A stretch of DNA of 31,698 nucleotides from IMG/VR virus record IMGVR_UViG_2565956729_000013, positions 1 to 31,698 of that record. One strand, given 5' to 3'. A program made the position numbers and the translations under genes. This DNA is from a virus. Lineage: Duplodnaviria > Heunggongvirae > Uroviricota > Caudoviricetes. Every line of letters starts with the position of its first letter. Position 1 is the stretch's first letter. Positions 17,379 through 26,478 of this stretch are shown here, in pieces. Below the pieces are notes generated by a model. That model saw only the letters and a list, made by a program, of their open reading frames with translations. It was not told the origin of the DNA and searched no databases.

Positions 17379-19166
17379 ATGGCGTACTCTGATGAAGTGA
17401 TTGCTGCAGCAAAATCACTCTATCTGAAAAGGCACACCCCAAAAGAAATACAAAAGAAGCTCGGACTGAACAGCCCGCGAATTGTTTATTACTGGGCGAC
17501 AAAGTTTGAGTGGTACACACAGCTTAATACTGAGGGCGTGGAGGATGTCATCGCCCGGCGTCTCGCTGTACTGGCGGAGCGTGACCATAAAACCCAGGAA
17601 GAGCACGATGAACTCGATCGCCTGATTGGCCACCACGTCAAACTGATGTCGGTCAGGAACAAGCACACAGAACGAATGGCCGAGATAGAACGAATGGGGG
17701 CTGATATTCCCCGGTCTGGCCGTTATGCAAAAGAAGAGCGCGGAGAAAAAGACGCGGATAAGAAAGAGCGTCGTCGTAAAGCTAATGATGTGTCAGGGCT
17801 GACAGCAGAGAGTTTTGAGCCGTTTACCAAAAAACTGTTCGCTTATCAGTTGCACCTGCGTGAAAACAAATTCCGTCGTGTACGCAACCTGCTTAAATCG
17901 CGCCAGATTGGGGCGACATATTACTTCGCGTTTGAGGCATTTGAAGGTGCGGTATTAACCGGCGACACACAGATATTTTTATCGGCATCAAAACGTCAGG
18001 CCGAAGTGTTCCGCACCTATATCGTTAAGATTGCACAGACGGAATTTGGCATTCCCATTAAAGGCAACCCGGTTAAGTTAAGTAATCTGGCTGAACTGTA
18101 TTTTCTGGCGACCAACAGTAACACGGCGCAGTCAAACAGCGGCCACCTGTACATTGACGAATATCTGTGGATCCCCGGCTTTCGTCGCCTCAATGAAGTG
18201 GCGTCCGGTATGGCCACCCACTCGCACTGGCGCATTACCTACTTCTCCACGCCGTCAACCAAAACCCATCAGGGCTATCCGTTCTGGTCCGGCGATGAAT
18301 GGCGCAAAGGCGATCCGAAACGAAAAGGGGTTGAGTTTCCGTCCTTTAATGAACTGCGCGATGGCGGGCGTGAATGCCCGGATGGCCAGTGGCGCTATGT
18401 GGTTACGCTGGAAGATGCCATTGCCGGCGGCTTTAACCTTGCTGACATCAACGAGCTGCGCGAGCGGTACAACGAAACAGCGTTCAATATGCTGTTTATG
18501 TGTGTGTTTGTGGATGACAAAGAGAGCGTCTTTAAATTCGATGACCTCGTGCGCTGTGGCGTTGATGTCAGTACGTGGGAGGATTTTCACCCGGAAGATG
18601 CCATGCCATTTGGTAACCGTGAGGTGTGGGGTGGCTTTGACCCTGCGCGCTCCGGCGATAACGCCACGTTTGTGGTGCTGGCACCGCCGCTGGTTGCGGC
18701 AGAACGATTCCGCGTGCTGGAAAAACACCACTGGCGCAGTATGTCATTCCAGTTTATGGCAGAGCGTATCCGCAGCATTAAGGCGCGCTATAACATGACA
18801 TTTATCGGCATTGACGTCACCGGTCTTGGCTACGGTGTCTTTGAGCTGGTTCAGGGATTTGCCCGCCGTGAAACAGTGGCCATTCATTACAGCGTGGAAT
18901 CCAAAAACCGCCTGGTGATGAAGATGCTGGATCTGATTTACGCCAACCGTATTGAGTGGGATGAAGAAGCCACAGATATTCCGGCATCATTTCTGGCTAT
19001 CCGTCAGGAATCCACTAACAGTGGCAATAAAGTCACTTTTACCGCCGAACGTAGCGAAGAAACCGGGCACGCTGACATCTTCTTTGCCATAGCTCATGCC
19101 GCAAGTAATGAACCCCTGAACTATAAGCACAAGCGCAAATCAACATGGATCCTGTCAGATGAGTAA
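17379..19166 (+). CDS. terminase large (ATPase) subunit (P2 P-like)
   Basis: 595 aa, size and N-terminus typical of P2 gpP; followed by overlapping portal gene. Confidence 0.9.
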   Translation: MAYSDEVIAAAKSLYLKRHTPKEIQKKLGLNSPRIVYYWATKFEWYTQLNTEGVEDVIARRLAVLAERDHKTQEEHDELDRLIGHHVKLMSVRNKHTERMAEIERMGADIPRSGRYAKEERGEKDADKKERRRKANDVSGLTAESFEPFTKKLFAYQLHLRENKFRRVRNLLKSRQIGATYYFAFEAFEGAVLTGDTQIFLSASKRQAEVFRTYIVKIAQTEFGIPIKGNPVKLSNLAELYFLATNSNTAQSNSGHLYIDEYLWIPGFRRLNEVASGMATHSHWRITYFSTPSTKTHQGYPFWSGDEWRKGDPKRKGVEFPSFNELRDGGRECPDGQWRYVVTLEDAIAGGFNLADINELRERYNETAFNMLFMCVFVDDKESVFKFDDLVRCGVDVSTWEDFHPEDAMPFGNREVWGGFDPARSGDNATFVVLAPPLVAAERFRVLEKHHWRSMSFQFMAERIRSIKARYNMTFIGIDVTGLGYGVFELVQGFARRETVAIHYSVESKNRLVMKMLDLIYANRIEWDEEATDIPASFLAIRQESTNSGNKVTFTAERSEETGHADIFFAIAHAASNEPLNYKHKRKSTWILSDE

Positions 19167-20193
19167 AAAGAAAAAATACCCCGTGCTACACGATGGCGTG
19201 GCAAAAAAAACAGCCAGCAAAATGGCGTTTATTGAATTTGGTGACCCGGAACCAGTCGCTGCATGGGGCTGTTATTACGGCTCGCTCTGGGATGGCTATA
19301 ACGGCTGGTACACGCCGCCCATTGAGCGCATGGATCTCGCCATGTTGTCCAATATCGCACCGTATCACGGCGCGGTATTGCGTGCGCGCGTCAATATGAT
19401 CATGCAGGGTTTTCGGGGCGGTGGGGGTATGACACACGCAGCCATGGCGGCAGCGGTGACCAATCTGCTGATATTCGGGGATATGGGGCTGCTTAAAGTG
19501 CGTAACGGCTTCGGGCGGGTGGTGCGCCTGCATACGTTGCCGTCGCTGTACCTGCGGCGCAACAATGAGGGTGGCACGGTGATTGTGCAGGCGGCACTGG
19601 AAGATCTCGTTTATCCGCCAGGTGAAGTGGTGTTTGTGGCCATTTATGACCCGCAACAGCAGGTTTACGGTGTCCCGGATTATATCCACGGGATGGAATC
19701 AGCCATGCTGAATGTGGATGCCACTCGCTTTCGCCGCAAGTATTACAAGAACGGCGCACATCTTGGTTATATCCTGTATTCCACTGACCCGGACATGGAT
19801 CCCGAGCTCGAGGCGGAATTTCGTAAAAAGATAGAGGCGTCAAAAGGGGCGGGCAATTTTAAATCCATGTTTATCAATATACCAGGTGGAGACAAAGAAG
19901 GCGTTAAGGTGATCCCTATCGGGGATTCAGGCACAAAAGATGAATTCCTGAATATAAAAACCATCAGTGCCCAGGATCAGCTCGTGGCGCACCGTTTTCC
20001 ACCCGGACTTGCCGGCATCATTCCCGCAAATACGGCCGGGTTGGGTGATCCGCTGAAATCCCGTGAGGCCTATTACCGGGATGAGGTTATTCCGATGCGT
20101 CGCCTGATTATGGAGGGGATCAACAGCGACCCGGATATCCGGAGACTGGGGCAGGTGGAATTTATTCTTGAATTTAATGAAGCCACGGAGTGA
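19159..20193 (+). CDS. portal protein (P2 Q-like)
   Basis: 344 aa, same length as P2 gpQ; ATG overlaps the last codons of the terminase gene. Confidence 0.9.
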   Translation: MSKKKKYPVLHDGVAKKTASKMAFIEFGDPEPVAAWGCYYGSLWDGYNGWYTPPIERMDLAMLSNIAPYHGAVLRARVNMIMQGFRGGGGMTHAAMAAAVTNLLIFGDMGLLKVRNGFGRVVRLHTLPSLYLRRNNEGGTVIVQAALEDLVYPPGEVVFVAIYDPQQQVYGVPDYIHGMESAMLNVDATRFRRKYYKNGAHLGYILYSTDPDMDPELEAEFRKKIEASKGAGNFKSMFINIPGGDKEGVKVIPIGDSGTKDEFLNIKTISAQDQLVAHRFPPGLAGIIPANTAGLGDPLKSREAYYRDEVIPMRRLIMEGINSDPDIRRLGQVEFILEFNEATE

Positions 20194-20258
20194 TGTGCGA
20201 CATGGAGAAGGAGCGGGTAAAATCAGCAGCAGTAAAACGTTGTTCCGGGAGGTGGAAA

Positions 20259-20516
20259 ATGCGCAGACAGAAAGCGCGGTGTCATTGCTGTGGTGCTCGT
20301 GCAGTGATTGAGAAAACAGCCTGGAAAACCGATCGGTTTGCTGATGTGTATTACCGTTGCACGCGTCTTGAGTGTGGGCATACCTGGGTGATGAACCTGA
20401 CCTACTCGCACACACTGGTGCCCAGTGGACTGGAGAATGGCGTGTTAAAGCTGTTGATTGAACGGATGCGCCCGGAAGAAAAACAAATGGCTCTGGAGTT
20501 ATTGCAGGTCGGATAG
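20259..20516 (+). CDS. ogr: Ogr/Delta-family zinc-finger late transcription activator
   Basis: ATG at 20259 preceded by GGGAGGTGG RBS; 85 aa with CxxC...CxxxxC pattern (CHCCGARA ... RCTRLECGH). Confidence 0.7.
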   Translation: MRRQKARCHCCGARAVIEKTAWKTDRFADVYYRCTRLECGHTWVMNLTYSHTLVPSGLENGVLKLLIERMRPEEKQMALELLQVG

Positions 20517-20536
20517 CTGACGCGCTTCGCTTGTCC

Positions 20537-20591
20537 AACCCGGAACGGGCGCACAAAGAATTTGCGCACCCGTTCCGGGTTTTCTTATTTA
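20537..20591 (+). terminator. rho-independent terminator after ogr
   Basis: Near-perfect 16-18 bp GC-rich stem (AACCCGGAACGGGCGCAC / GCGCACCCGTTCCGGGTT) followed by TTTTCTTATTT. Confidence 0.7.
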
Positions 20592-20944
20592 ATGGCAGAC
20601 AACTGATAATTTGTGTCTTCCTGCAGGCTGGTTAAAGAAATATTATCCAGTGCAGCCAGAATAACGTGCTGTGTATATAATCCGGAACATTTCATTGCCC
20701 GGACAATATCACCAACACTGTAATTTTCTTTTGTCGGGATATATCCACCACCCGGGCCGCGTGTGGCTTTTACCAGGCTACTTTCCCGTAAATATCTGAA
20801 TATTTGCTCCAGATATGACAGTGACACGGTTTCTTTGCTTAATTGCCGGAGCGAGATTGGCTTTCCGGTGTACTGTTTCACAAATTTAATCATTACCATA
20901 ACTGCAACTGATGCACGCTGGCTTCCGGAATTATCTTTCATCAT
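20585..20944 (-). CDS. Rrf2-family transcriptional regulator
   Basis: Signature ISLSYLEQIFRYLRESSLVKATRGPGGGY; ~119 aa from the MMKDNSG start; lacks the IscR-type Cys cluster; AT-rich DNA. Confidence 0.8.
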   Translation of the reverse strand: MMKDNSGSQRASVAVMVMIKFVKQYTGKPISLRQLSKETVSLSYLEQIFRYLRESSLVKATRGPGGGYIPTKENYSVGDIVRAMKCSGLYTQHVILAALDNISLTSLQEDTNYQLSAIK

Positions 20945-20955
20945 GATTACTTCCA

Positions 20956-21243
20956 TTAATGGCATAAATTGATGGAGCGGGTCAGTGAATAAAGAGGCAA
21001 TACATTCCATCCCTTAGAGCGCCAGCTGTCTGCAACATCTTTACTTCTTGTTATCGCCGGTATTCCAATAGGATTATTTGCGTGCATCCATGCCACTGGC
21101 TCTGCTTCCAGTGATGCAAGTGCGATTTCCAGTGCGATTAACATATTGTGATCGTCTTCATCAAGACCGAACGGGATGTCTTCGCGCCACGATTTAAACT
21201 CTGTGATTTTACGTTGTAACCATTCTTTGGTAATGGTGGACAT
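20956..21243 (-). CDS. hypothetical protein (95 aa)
   Basis: ATG at 21243 (MSTITKEWLQ...) with AGGAG RBS; track start at 21261 is GTG; AT-rich accessory region. Confidence 0.5.
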   Translation of the reverse strand: MSTITKEWLQRKITEFKSWREDIPFGLDEDDHNMLIALEIALASLEAEPVAWMHANNPIGIPAITRSKDVADSWRSKGWNVLPLYSLTRSINLCH

Positions 21244-21257
21244 AGTTACTCCTGTTT

Positions 21258-21572
21258 TCACTTCGGGAAAAACGCCTGAATATTCTTTTTCACCTGCTGC
21301 ATATGGGGGGCGTTGTCTGCTGCTGGTTGCGCCGGTTTTTCAGGCTGTACTGGTAGCGGTGGCATCCGTATTTCGTCTTCTGACCATTCTGCCAGCGAAT
21401 ACGCCAACGCGGGGGTGCGTTTTATAAGAGCCAGTCCGGCCAGAAAAGCCGCGCGTTGTGCGCGGCTGCGTTCGGAGGCTGGCAGGCTGTCGAGGTAACT
21501 GCACGCCTCCCGTTCGCTCTTGACGACGGCGGGCTTCAGATAGAAACTTATTCGTCTGGTTGGTGTCGTCAT
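21258..21572 (-). CDS. parR: ParR-like centromere-binding protein
   Basis: 104 aa; DSLPASERSRAQRAAFLAGLAL resembles recalled R1 ParR DSIPQGERSRLNRAALTAGLAL; AAGGAG RBS; directly downstream of parM. Confidence 0.7.
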   Translation of the reverse strand: MTTPTRRISFYLKPAVVKSEREACSYLDSLPASERSRAQRAAFLAGLALIKRTPALAYSLAEWSEDEIRMPPLPVQPEKPAQPAADNAPHMQQVKKNIQAFFPK

Positions 21573-21576
21573 TGAT

Positions 21577-22536
21577 TTACTCCTTGTCCATTGCGTACAG
21601 CCCATTAACCAGAGCAAACTGTGGCACCCCGTCCGCGATGAAAGTCGCATTAACTCCGCAGGCTTCGCGGATAGCGGGTGCCACAATCTTCGCTCCTCCA
21701 CCTACAACCATCACCCGCCCGTAACCCGAAAAACCCGCCAGCGCGCGGATCACGCGTTGTTTCAGTGTTTCCTCCTTTTCACGAATAACTGCCATCAGGC
21801 TGGCGTAATGTGCGTTATTGTGGATGTGCTGGCGCAGCCAGGCTTCATCGTGGCGATGTTCGATAATGGTATTAGCGATGTGGTGACTGGTACGCATACC
21901 GTTGGTGGCCATCACCGACAGCACGGCATCGGCCATCAGAGAAACGCCTACGTGTGGATCGCAAAACACCTGGCTGATACCTGCCAGTTGCCCCTGAACC
22001 TTTGCCACATCCAGCGTGGTTCCGCCCAAATCCACAATCAGCAGGGATTCAAACGGACTCATGTCAGCCAGCGCTTTAAAGCCAGCCGGAATGGATTCAG
22101 GCATAACCCGCACGTTACGGATAGTGAATGCCTCACCGTTCTGGTACTCCACCGGGCGCATAACGTTCGCTTTTTTGCGGTTGATGTTGGCCATGTCCGG
22201 CTGTGCGTTTGTGTCGAAATACTCGCTCAGTGGCAGGGTGACAACCACATCCACCTCCTGAGGCGTGATGCCTGATTTGACCAGCGCGTGATGAATGGCA
22301 ATGACATTCACATCGCTGTACTGGTATTGCGTGTCGGTCGTCTGGACAAAGCGATCGCTGACCGGATCAAAACCATAGCGCACGCCATCAAGCATGTAGT
22401 TCGCGGGCTGCGTGCCACCGAACGGCGCAGACCATTCCGACTTGAAGCTGTTCGGGCTGATGGCGTTGCGGCGTTCGCCGTTCTCAGTCCATGCCAGTTT
22501 GATGTTGGTGGAGCCGTCGTCGATACAAATTTTCAT
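21577..22536 (-). CDS. parM: ParM/StbA actin-like segregation ATPase
   Basis: 319 aa; motifs IDDGSTNIKLAW, YSDVNVIAIHHAL, VMPESIPAGF, LIVDLGGTTLD, GYGRVMVVGGGA match recalled plasmid R1 ParM along its full length. Confidence 0.85.
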   Translation of the reverse strand: MKICIDDGSTNIKLAWTENGERRNAISPNSFKSEWSAPFGGTQPANYMLDGVRYGFDPVSDRFVQTTDTQYQYSDVNVIAIHHALVKSGITPQEVDVVVTLPLSEYFDTNAQPDMANINRKKANVMRPVEYQNGEAFTIRNVRVMPESIPAGFKALADMSPFESLLIVDLGGTTLDVAKVQGQLAGISQVFCDPHVGVSLMADAVLSVMATNGMRTSHHIANTIIEHRHDEAWLRQHIHNNAHYASLMAVIREKEETLKQRVIRALAGFSGYGRVMVVGGGAKIVAPAIREACGVNATFIADGVPQFALVNGLYAMDKE

Positions 22537-22564
22537 GTCGATTTTCCTTATGTTGATTAATTAA

Positions 22565-22679
22565 TCGTTTACGGGATTCTGAAATCCCGTTCTTGCCTGT
22601 TTTGTACGCGCCTCATATTTCGCCGCGTGTTTTTTGCTCATTTACGGGATTTGTGAATCCCGTTTTTGTCTGTTTTTTG
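22565..22679. repeat. parC-like centromere/promoter repeats upstream of parM
   Basis: Two ~40-bp direct repeats (22565..22604 and 22638..22679), each with a dyad ACGGGATT-N4-AATCCCGT (22570..22589; 22643..22662), then a T-rich CTGTTTTGT segment. Confidence 0.55.
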
Positions 22680-25435
22680 TTTCCACTGGTTAGTCCACCC
22701 CGCAGCAGCTCTGCTTTGCGGCGGACGCGTTCAGTGGTTTCACTGATTCTCTGTGCGTGCTCTGCGTCACGGATGGCACGCAGCATGTCAGAAAGCACGG
22801 TAACGGGTGTTTTCATGGTGTTCTGGTCCTGCTGAAGTGTGGATGCCAGGCGTGCGGCGGCTTCGGGGTCTGATGCCCTCAGCTGTGCCAGATAGCTGGC
22901 GACCGGGTTATGACGGATCTCCGTGCTGCTTACGCCGTGATTACGGCTCAGGCGCTGCCAGAGCTGCGTGATTCGGCTGTCCGGGCGGGTATCCGGTTTG
23001 CGTACAATTTCAAATCCCTGCGGTGCAATGATGCTGCCGTCAACGTACAGACTGCCGCCCCGTAACAGGTGCTGCATCTGCTGTTCACCGATATGCAGGC
23101 CAAGGGATTCAGCAGACTCCCGCCATTCTTTAGCGAGTAATTCGTGGTTATCAGGCAAAGGCCGCTGCTGTTTGCGGCTCTGTGTCCAGCTCTGCATTTC
23201 ATCACTGCTGTTTTTTGCCTGTTTGTCACGCAGCGAACGCATCAGCGCCCGGCGTTCGTGCCGTTTCAGTGAGCGCATCCATTCATTCACGTCAACGCTG
23301 TCAGGAAGCTGCGGCCACGGTGCTGGCCGTTCTTCCGGCTGTTCTGTCCCGTTGTTGTCCGTTTCCTGTACACGGGGACAGTTATTGCCACGAGTCCAAG
23401 GGGCGGCAGGGCCGCCCTGAAGGTCAAAACCATTTTCGTGGGCGTTGTCTTCCGGTTCTGGTTTACGTCTTACCAGCTTCCAGTTATCCGGATGCGTGCA
23501 CACACGGGAGGATTCCCCGATGAGTGGTGACCAGATCCCGTAAATCTGTACGCTCTGTTCGCCGTAATCATTCAGCTCATCTGCGAGGTCGTAGGCGGTG
23601 CGAATCAGGTAGTCTTTGCGTGGAACAAGTACGCCGCCCTGTTTCTCAATGTAGGTGGCAAAACACCCGGCATCAGCGGCAGCGAGTACCGCATCCATTG
23701 CATCATCCTTCAGCCGTTGTGGGCCTTCCGGGTTGCGTGCCATCTGGCTGGCAAGGCGGCGCAGTTCACGCCACACCTGACGGGAGGGGATGCCAAAGAA
23801 CTGGAACTGGCGGACCCGGTGAAGGCGCGCCCAGCCGATGGCGCGTTCCACACTCTCGGCCATTGATTTTCCGGTTTCGTGGTCAACGCGTGGCTTGCCC
23901 GTTTTCGGGTCGATGCCATCCACGGCGCGGCTGTCCAGGTTCTTTCCGATGTAGGTGGCGATGTAGCTGGTTGGCGTGCCTTTTGAGCCGTCGACGTACT
24001 CCGCCTTAAAACGCGGAGTTATGTCATCGCCCAGCTCGTGGCGGTCTTCCTGAATGGCAATATCGCAGACGTGGGACACGATGGTTTCAATCTCGTCAGG
24101 ATGAGCAAAAACCATCATGTGCCAGTGCACCGTGCCGTCATGATGAGGCTCCACCGTGCGGATGCCATACCAGCGCAGGCCGTCGCGGTTCAGTTTTTTG
24201 CGGACCGCCGCAAAAAACGTGTTAACCAGGTAATCGCTGGAGTCGCGCATAGTGGCCCCGTTCCATTTGGGATTCGGATGACCGTTCTCCGTTGTTGCGT
24301 GGTATTTTGACGGGCAGGTGACAGTCAGAAACACCGCTCTGTCGCCACGGGCTTCGGCCAGAAGTTCCAGCCCCTTCATGGTGGCCATCATTTCTGCCTT
24401 ACGGTGAACCGGGTTACTTACTCCCGCGTAATACACTGTATCGAGATCAATCGTGAACCCGTCTTCGTTTTCCAGCATGAAACTTTTCAGGAAATCGCGT
24501 GTTTTCTCGCGCTGTGCGCGAAACTCGCTTAACGCGTTCTGGCTCAGATAGGGTGATGTTTTTCTGGAAACCAGACAGGCGGCGCGGAGTTGTTCTTCTC
24601 TCCACTCGCAACGTAACAGCCACAGTTTGCGTTTCCACCAGTCCGCACAGGTCAGGCGAAGGATTGCGCCCGGCAGCAGCTCCGTGTCTGGTTCGTTCTT
24701 CCGGTCTTTGTCTGTTGTCAGTGCGTCATAATACGGCGGCACGGTGTGCAGATGTAACGCCATGCGGGCCAGCATCTGATACACCTTCAGCGTTATATCC
24801 ATAGTCAGCTCGCCATCGGTCGCGCCAAAGCCATCGCAGAGCTTTTCGAAGGTGCTGCTGAACATCGCCGCCGTCATGGTGGCCAGCGTCTGTATCTGGT
24901 GCTTGTTGAGCTGTGGCAGGTACAGCAAATCGTCCAGGCGTTCACGTCCGGCAAGGGAGCGATAACCCGGAGTCAGCCAGTGACGGTCGGTGCAGTCCAG
25001 ACGTTCGAATATTTTGCGCAGGGTTCCGTGCGCGTAACGTTCAGCCTGCCAGTTCTTTTTTCCTTTCCGGCGATCGGCTTCCTGTTTTTTGCGCAGGAAG
25101 GAGAGGTGGCGAATAAGCGGATCGCGCAGATAGGACGGCAGCAGGCGCAGCGAGGCCATGGCTTCATCCACCGCGCCGCGTGCCTGTCTTCTGGCGTCTC
25201 CTGCCAGCGTGATGGTTTTGTCCTGTTTTTCCTGTGCGTCCAGGCTTTTATTAATCAGGTTGCCCAGCGGCGTGGCGGAGAACGCCGCATCAGCCATTTC
25301 CTGGCGGCGCTCGTTCTCTGCCCGGTAGGCATCCAGCCAGGAGGAAAGCGCGGATTCAGGAGCGGGGATCCCCGTTCCTTCACGCCCCACTGCGTGGCGC
25401 GGTTGTTGCCAGTCCCTGATGTACTCTGCCGTCAT
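22613..25435 (-). CDS. replication initiation endonuclease (P2 A-like rolling-circle initiator)
   Basis: 940 aa; metal-binding motif HWHMMVF typical of the family; 3' end overlaps the second parC-like repeat. Confidence 0.8.
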   Translation of the reverse strand: MTAEYIRDWQQPRHAVGREGTGIPAPESALSSWLDAYRAENERRQEMADAAFSATPLGNLINKSLDAQEKQDKTITLAGDARRQARGAVDEAMASLRLLPSYLRDPLIRHLSFLRKKQEADRRKGKKNWQAERYAHGTLRKIFERLDCTDRHWLTPGYRSLAGRERLDDLLYLPQLNKHQIQTLATMTAAMFSSTFEKLCDGFGATDGELTMDITLKVYQMLARMALHLHTVPPYYDALTTDKDRKNEPDTELLPGAILRLTCADWWKRKLWLLRCEWREEQLRAACLVSRKTSPYLSQNALSEFRAQREKTRDFLKSFMLENEDGFTIDLDTVYYAGVSNPVHRKAEMMATMKGLELLAEARGDRAVFLTVTCPSKYHATTENGHPNPKWNGATMRDSSDYLVNTFFAAVRKKLNRDGLRWYGIRTVEPHHDGTVHWHMMVFAHPDEIETIVSHVCDIAIQEDRHELGDDITPRFKAEYVDGSKGTPTSYIATYIGKNLDSRAVDGIDPKTGKPRVDHETGKSMAESVERAIGWARLHRVRQFQFFGIPSRQVWRELRRLASQMARNPEGPQRLKDDAMDAVLAAADAGCFATYIEKQGGVLVPRKDYLIRTAYDLADELNDYGEQSVQIYGIWSPLIGESSRVCTHPDNWKLVRRKPEPEDNAHENGFDLQGGPAAPWTRGNNCPRVQETDNNGTEQPEERPAPWPQLPDSVDVNEWMRSLKRHERRALMRSLRDKQAKNSSDEMQSWTQSRKQQRPLPDNHELLAKEWRESAESLGLHIGEQQMQHLLRGGSLYVDGSIIAPQGFEIVRKPDTRPDSRITQLWQRLSRNHGVSSTEIRHNPVASYLAQLRASDPEAAARLASTLQQDQNTMKTPVTVLSDMLRAIRDAEHAQRISETTERVRRKAELLRGGLTSGNKKQTKTGFTNPVNEQKTRGEI

Positions 25436-25441
25436 AGTGAT

Positions 25442-25807
25442 TTACTTCGTCATGCCATTCAGGGTGTCGCGGCAGACTGTAGCCAGCCGCTGAATTTCCA
25501 GCACGGTGTCTTCTGTGTCGGCATGGCGATGTGTGATGCGGATGCTGTCGGCAATCACATCGACGATTGCAGAGGATGGGCGCTGGTAAATGCCAATAAC
25601 GGACGGGGTGCCACCTTCAATGCGGTAAAGCCTGTAATTTCCCTCGTGGCTGTCAATCATGTAGCGACCGTCAATAACAATCTTTCCGTCAGCGAGCTGC
25701 GGTACAGGCAGGGATTTCAGGTACATGTCATAACGTTCACGCACGCGAACGGCAAGATCACGCTCTGTGTTGAGCAGGTATTCAAGAAAGTCGTTGGCGA
25801 GAATCAT
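25442..25807 (-). CDS. hypothetical protein (121 aa)
   Basis: AGAGGA RBS; stop 7 nt before the A start. Confidence 0.55.
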   Translation of the reverse strand: MILANDFLEYLLNTERDLAVRVRERYDMYLKSLPVPQLADGKIVIDGRYMIDSHEGNYRLYRIEGGTPSVIGIYQRPSSAIVDVIADSIRITHRHADTEDTVLEIQRLATVCRDTLNGMTK

Positions 25808-25879
25808 TGCGGCAATCCTCTGGTTACTGATGTGCGAAGGCCTCCCGCCGCAAGGTGCAGGAAGGGCCCGGAACAGGAA

Positions 25880-26110
25880 TTAATGGAGTTTGTTTTGCTG
25901 CTGGATGAGATCCTGAAGAGACAGGAGGTCTTCCGCCAGATAGCTGAATACAGCGGCGCAGTAGTCGGCTGAAATAGTGCTGTTGAGTCTGTGCAATGTG
26001 TTGGATTGCATGATAAAGGCGATGTGTGCGGCGCGGGTGAGTCTGCGATCGATTTCAGTCTGGATGTGACGACGCTCCGCGATAGCGCGGTGCTGTTTGC
26101 GGTTTGCCAT
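25880..26110 (-). CDS. hypothetical protein (76 aa)
   Basis: AAGAGG RBS upstream of ATG at 26110; first gene after a 368-bp non-coding gap. Confidence 0.5.
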   Translation of the reverse strand: MANRKQHRAIAERRHIQTEIDRRLTRAAHIAFIMQSNTLHRLNSTISADYCAAVFSYLAEDLLSLQDLIQQQNKLH

Positions 26111-26447
26111 GGTGTGGCCTCTTTGGTTGTAAGTTTTGAAAACTCACCATCCAGAGGTGGAAAACTCGGGGTGGTGAGACGTACAGGGTTTCCACAACCG
26201 GCAACTACAGAACCCGGCCCGACCGAAGTCGGCCCCATACGCCCCACCATAATTCGTGTGCGAAAAAGACGTGGCGATACGGTACGCACAAAAAAACCGC
26301 TGGCGCGGTTGTGCGCTTTGGTTGTCAGCGGGGTGGAAATCCCGGCACCCGTTTTATGAGGTGCAGCGGAAATGTAACCTGACTGATTGCGGCATGGCAA
26401 GTGGTTTTTTTGTGAGAACGGCATACTAAAAAAATCCTGATACTGCT

Positions 26448-26472
26448 CCGGCCAGCGATTTTCACTGGCCGG
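26448..26472 (-). terminator. putative terminator hairpin after the SPFH gene
   Basis: 8-bp GC-rich stem CCGGCCAG / CTGGCCGG with 9-nt loop, 6 nt past the stop; the T-run on the transcribed strand is ~14 nt distal, so non-canonical. Confidence 0.4.
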
Positions 26473-26478
26473 GTTTAA

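Noticed and set aside
20517-20600. Possible cos site between ogr and the accessory island
   Set aside because: Only a terminator hairpin is evident; no recognisable cohesive-end motif could be identified by eye. cos location remains unknown.
25804-26424. 206-aa minus-strand ORF spanning the non-coding gap and overlapping the 76-aa ORF
   Set aside because: Extremely Ser/Thr/Pro-rich low-complexity translation from the C-rich strand; overlaps a better-initiated ORF. Kept as alternative because its stop overlaps the next gene's ATG.
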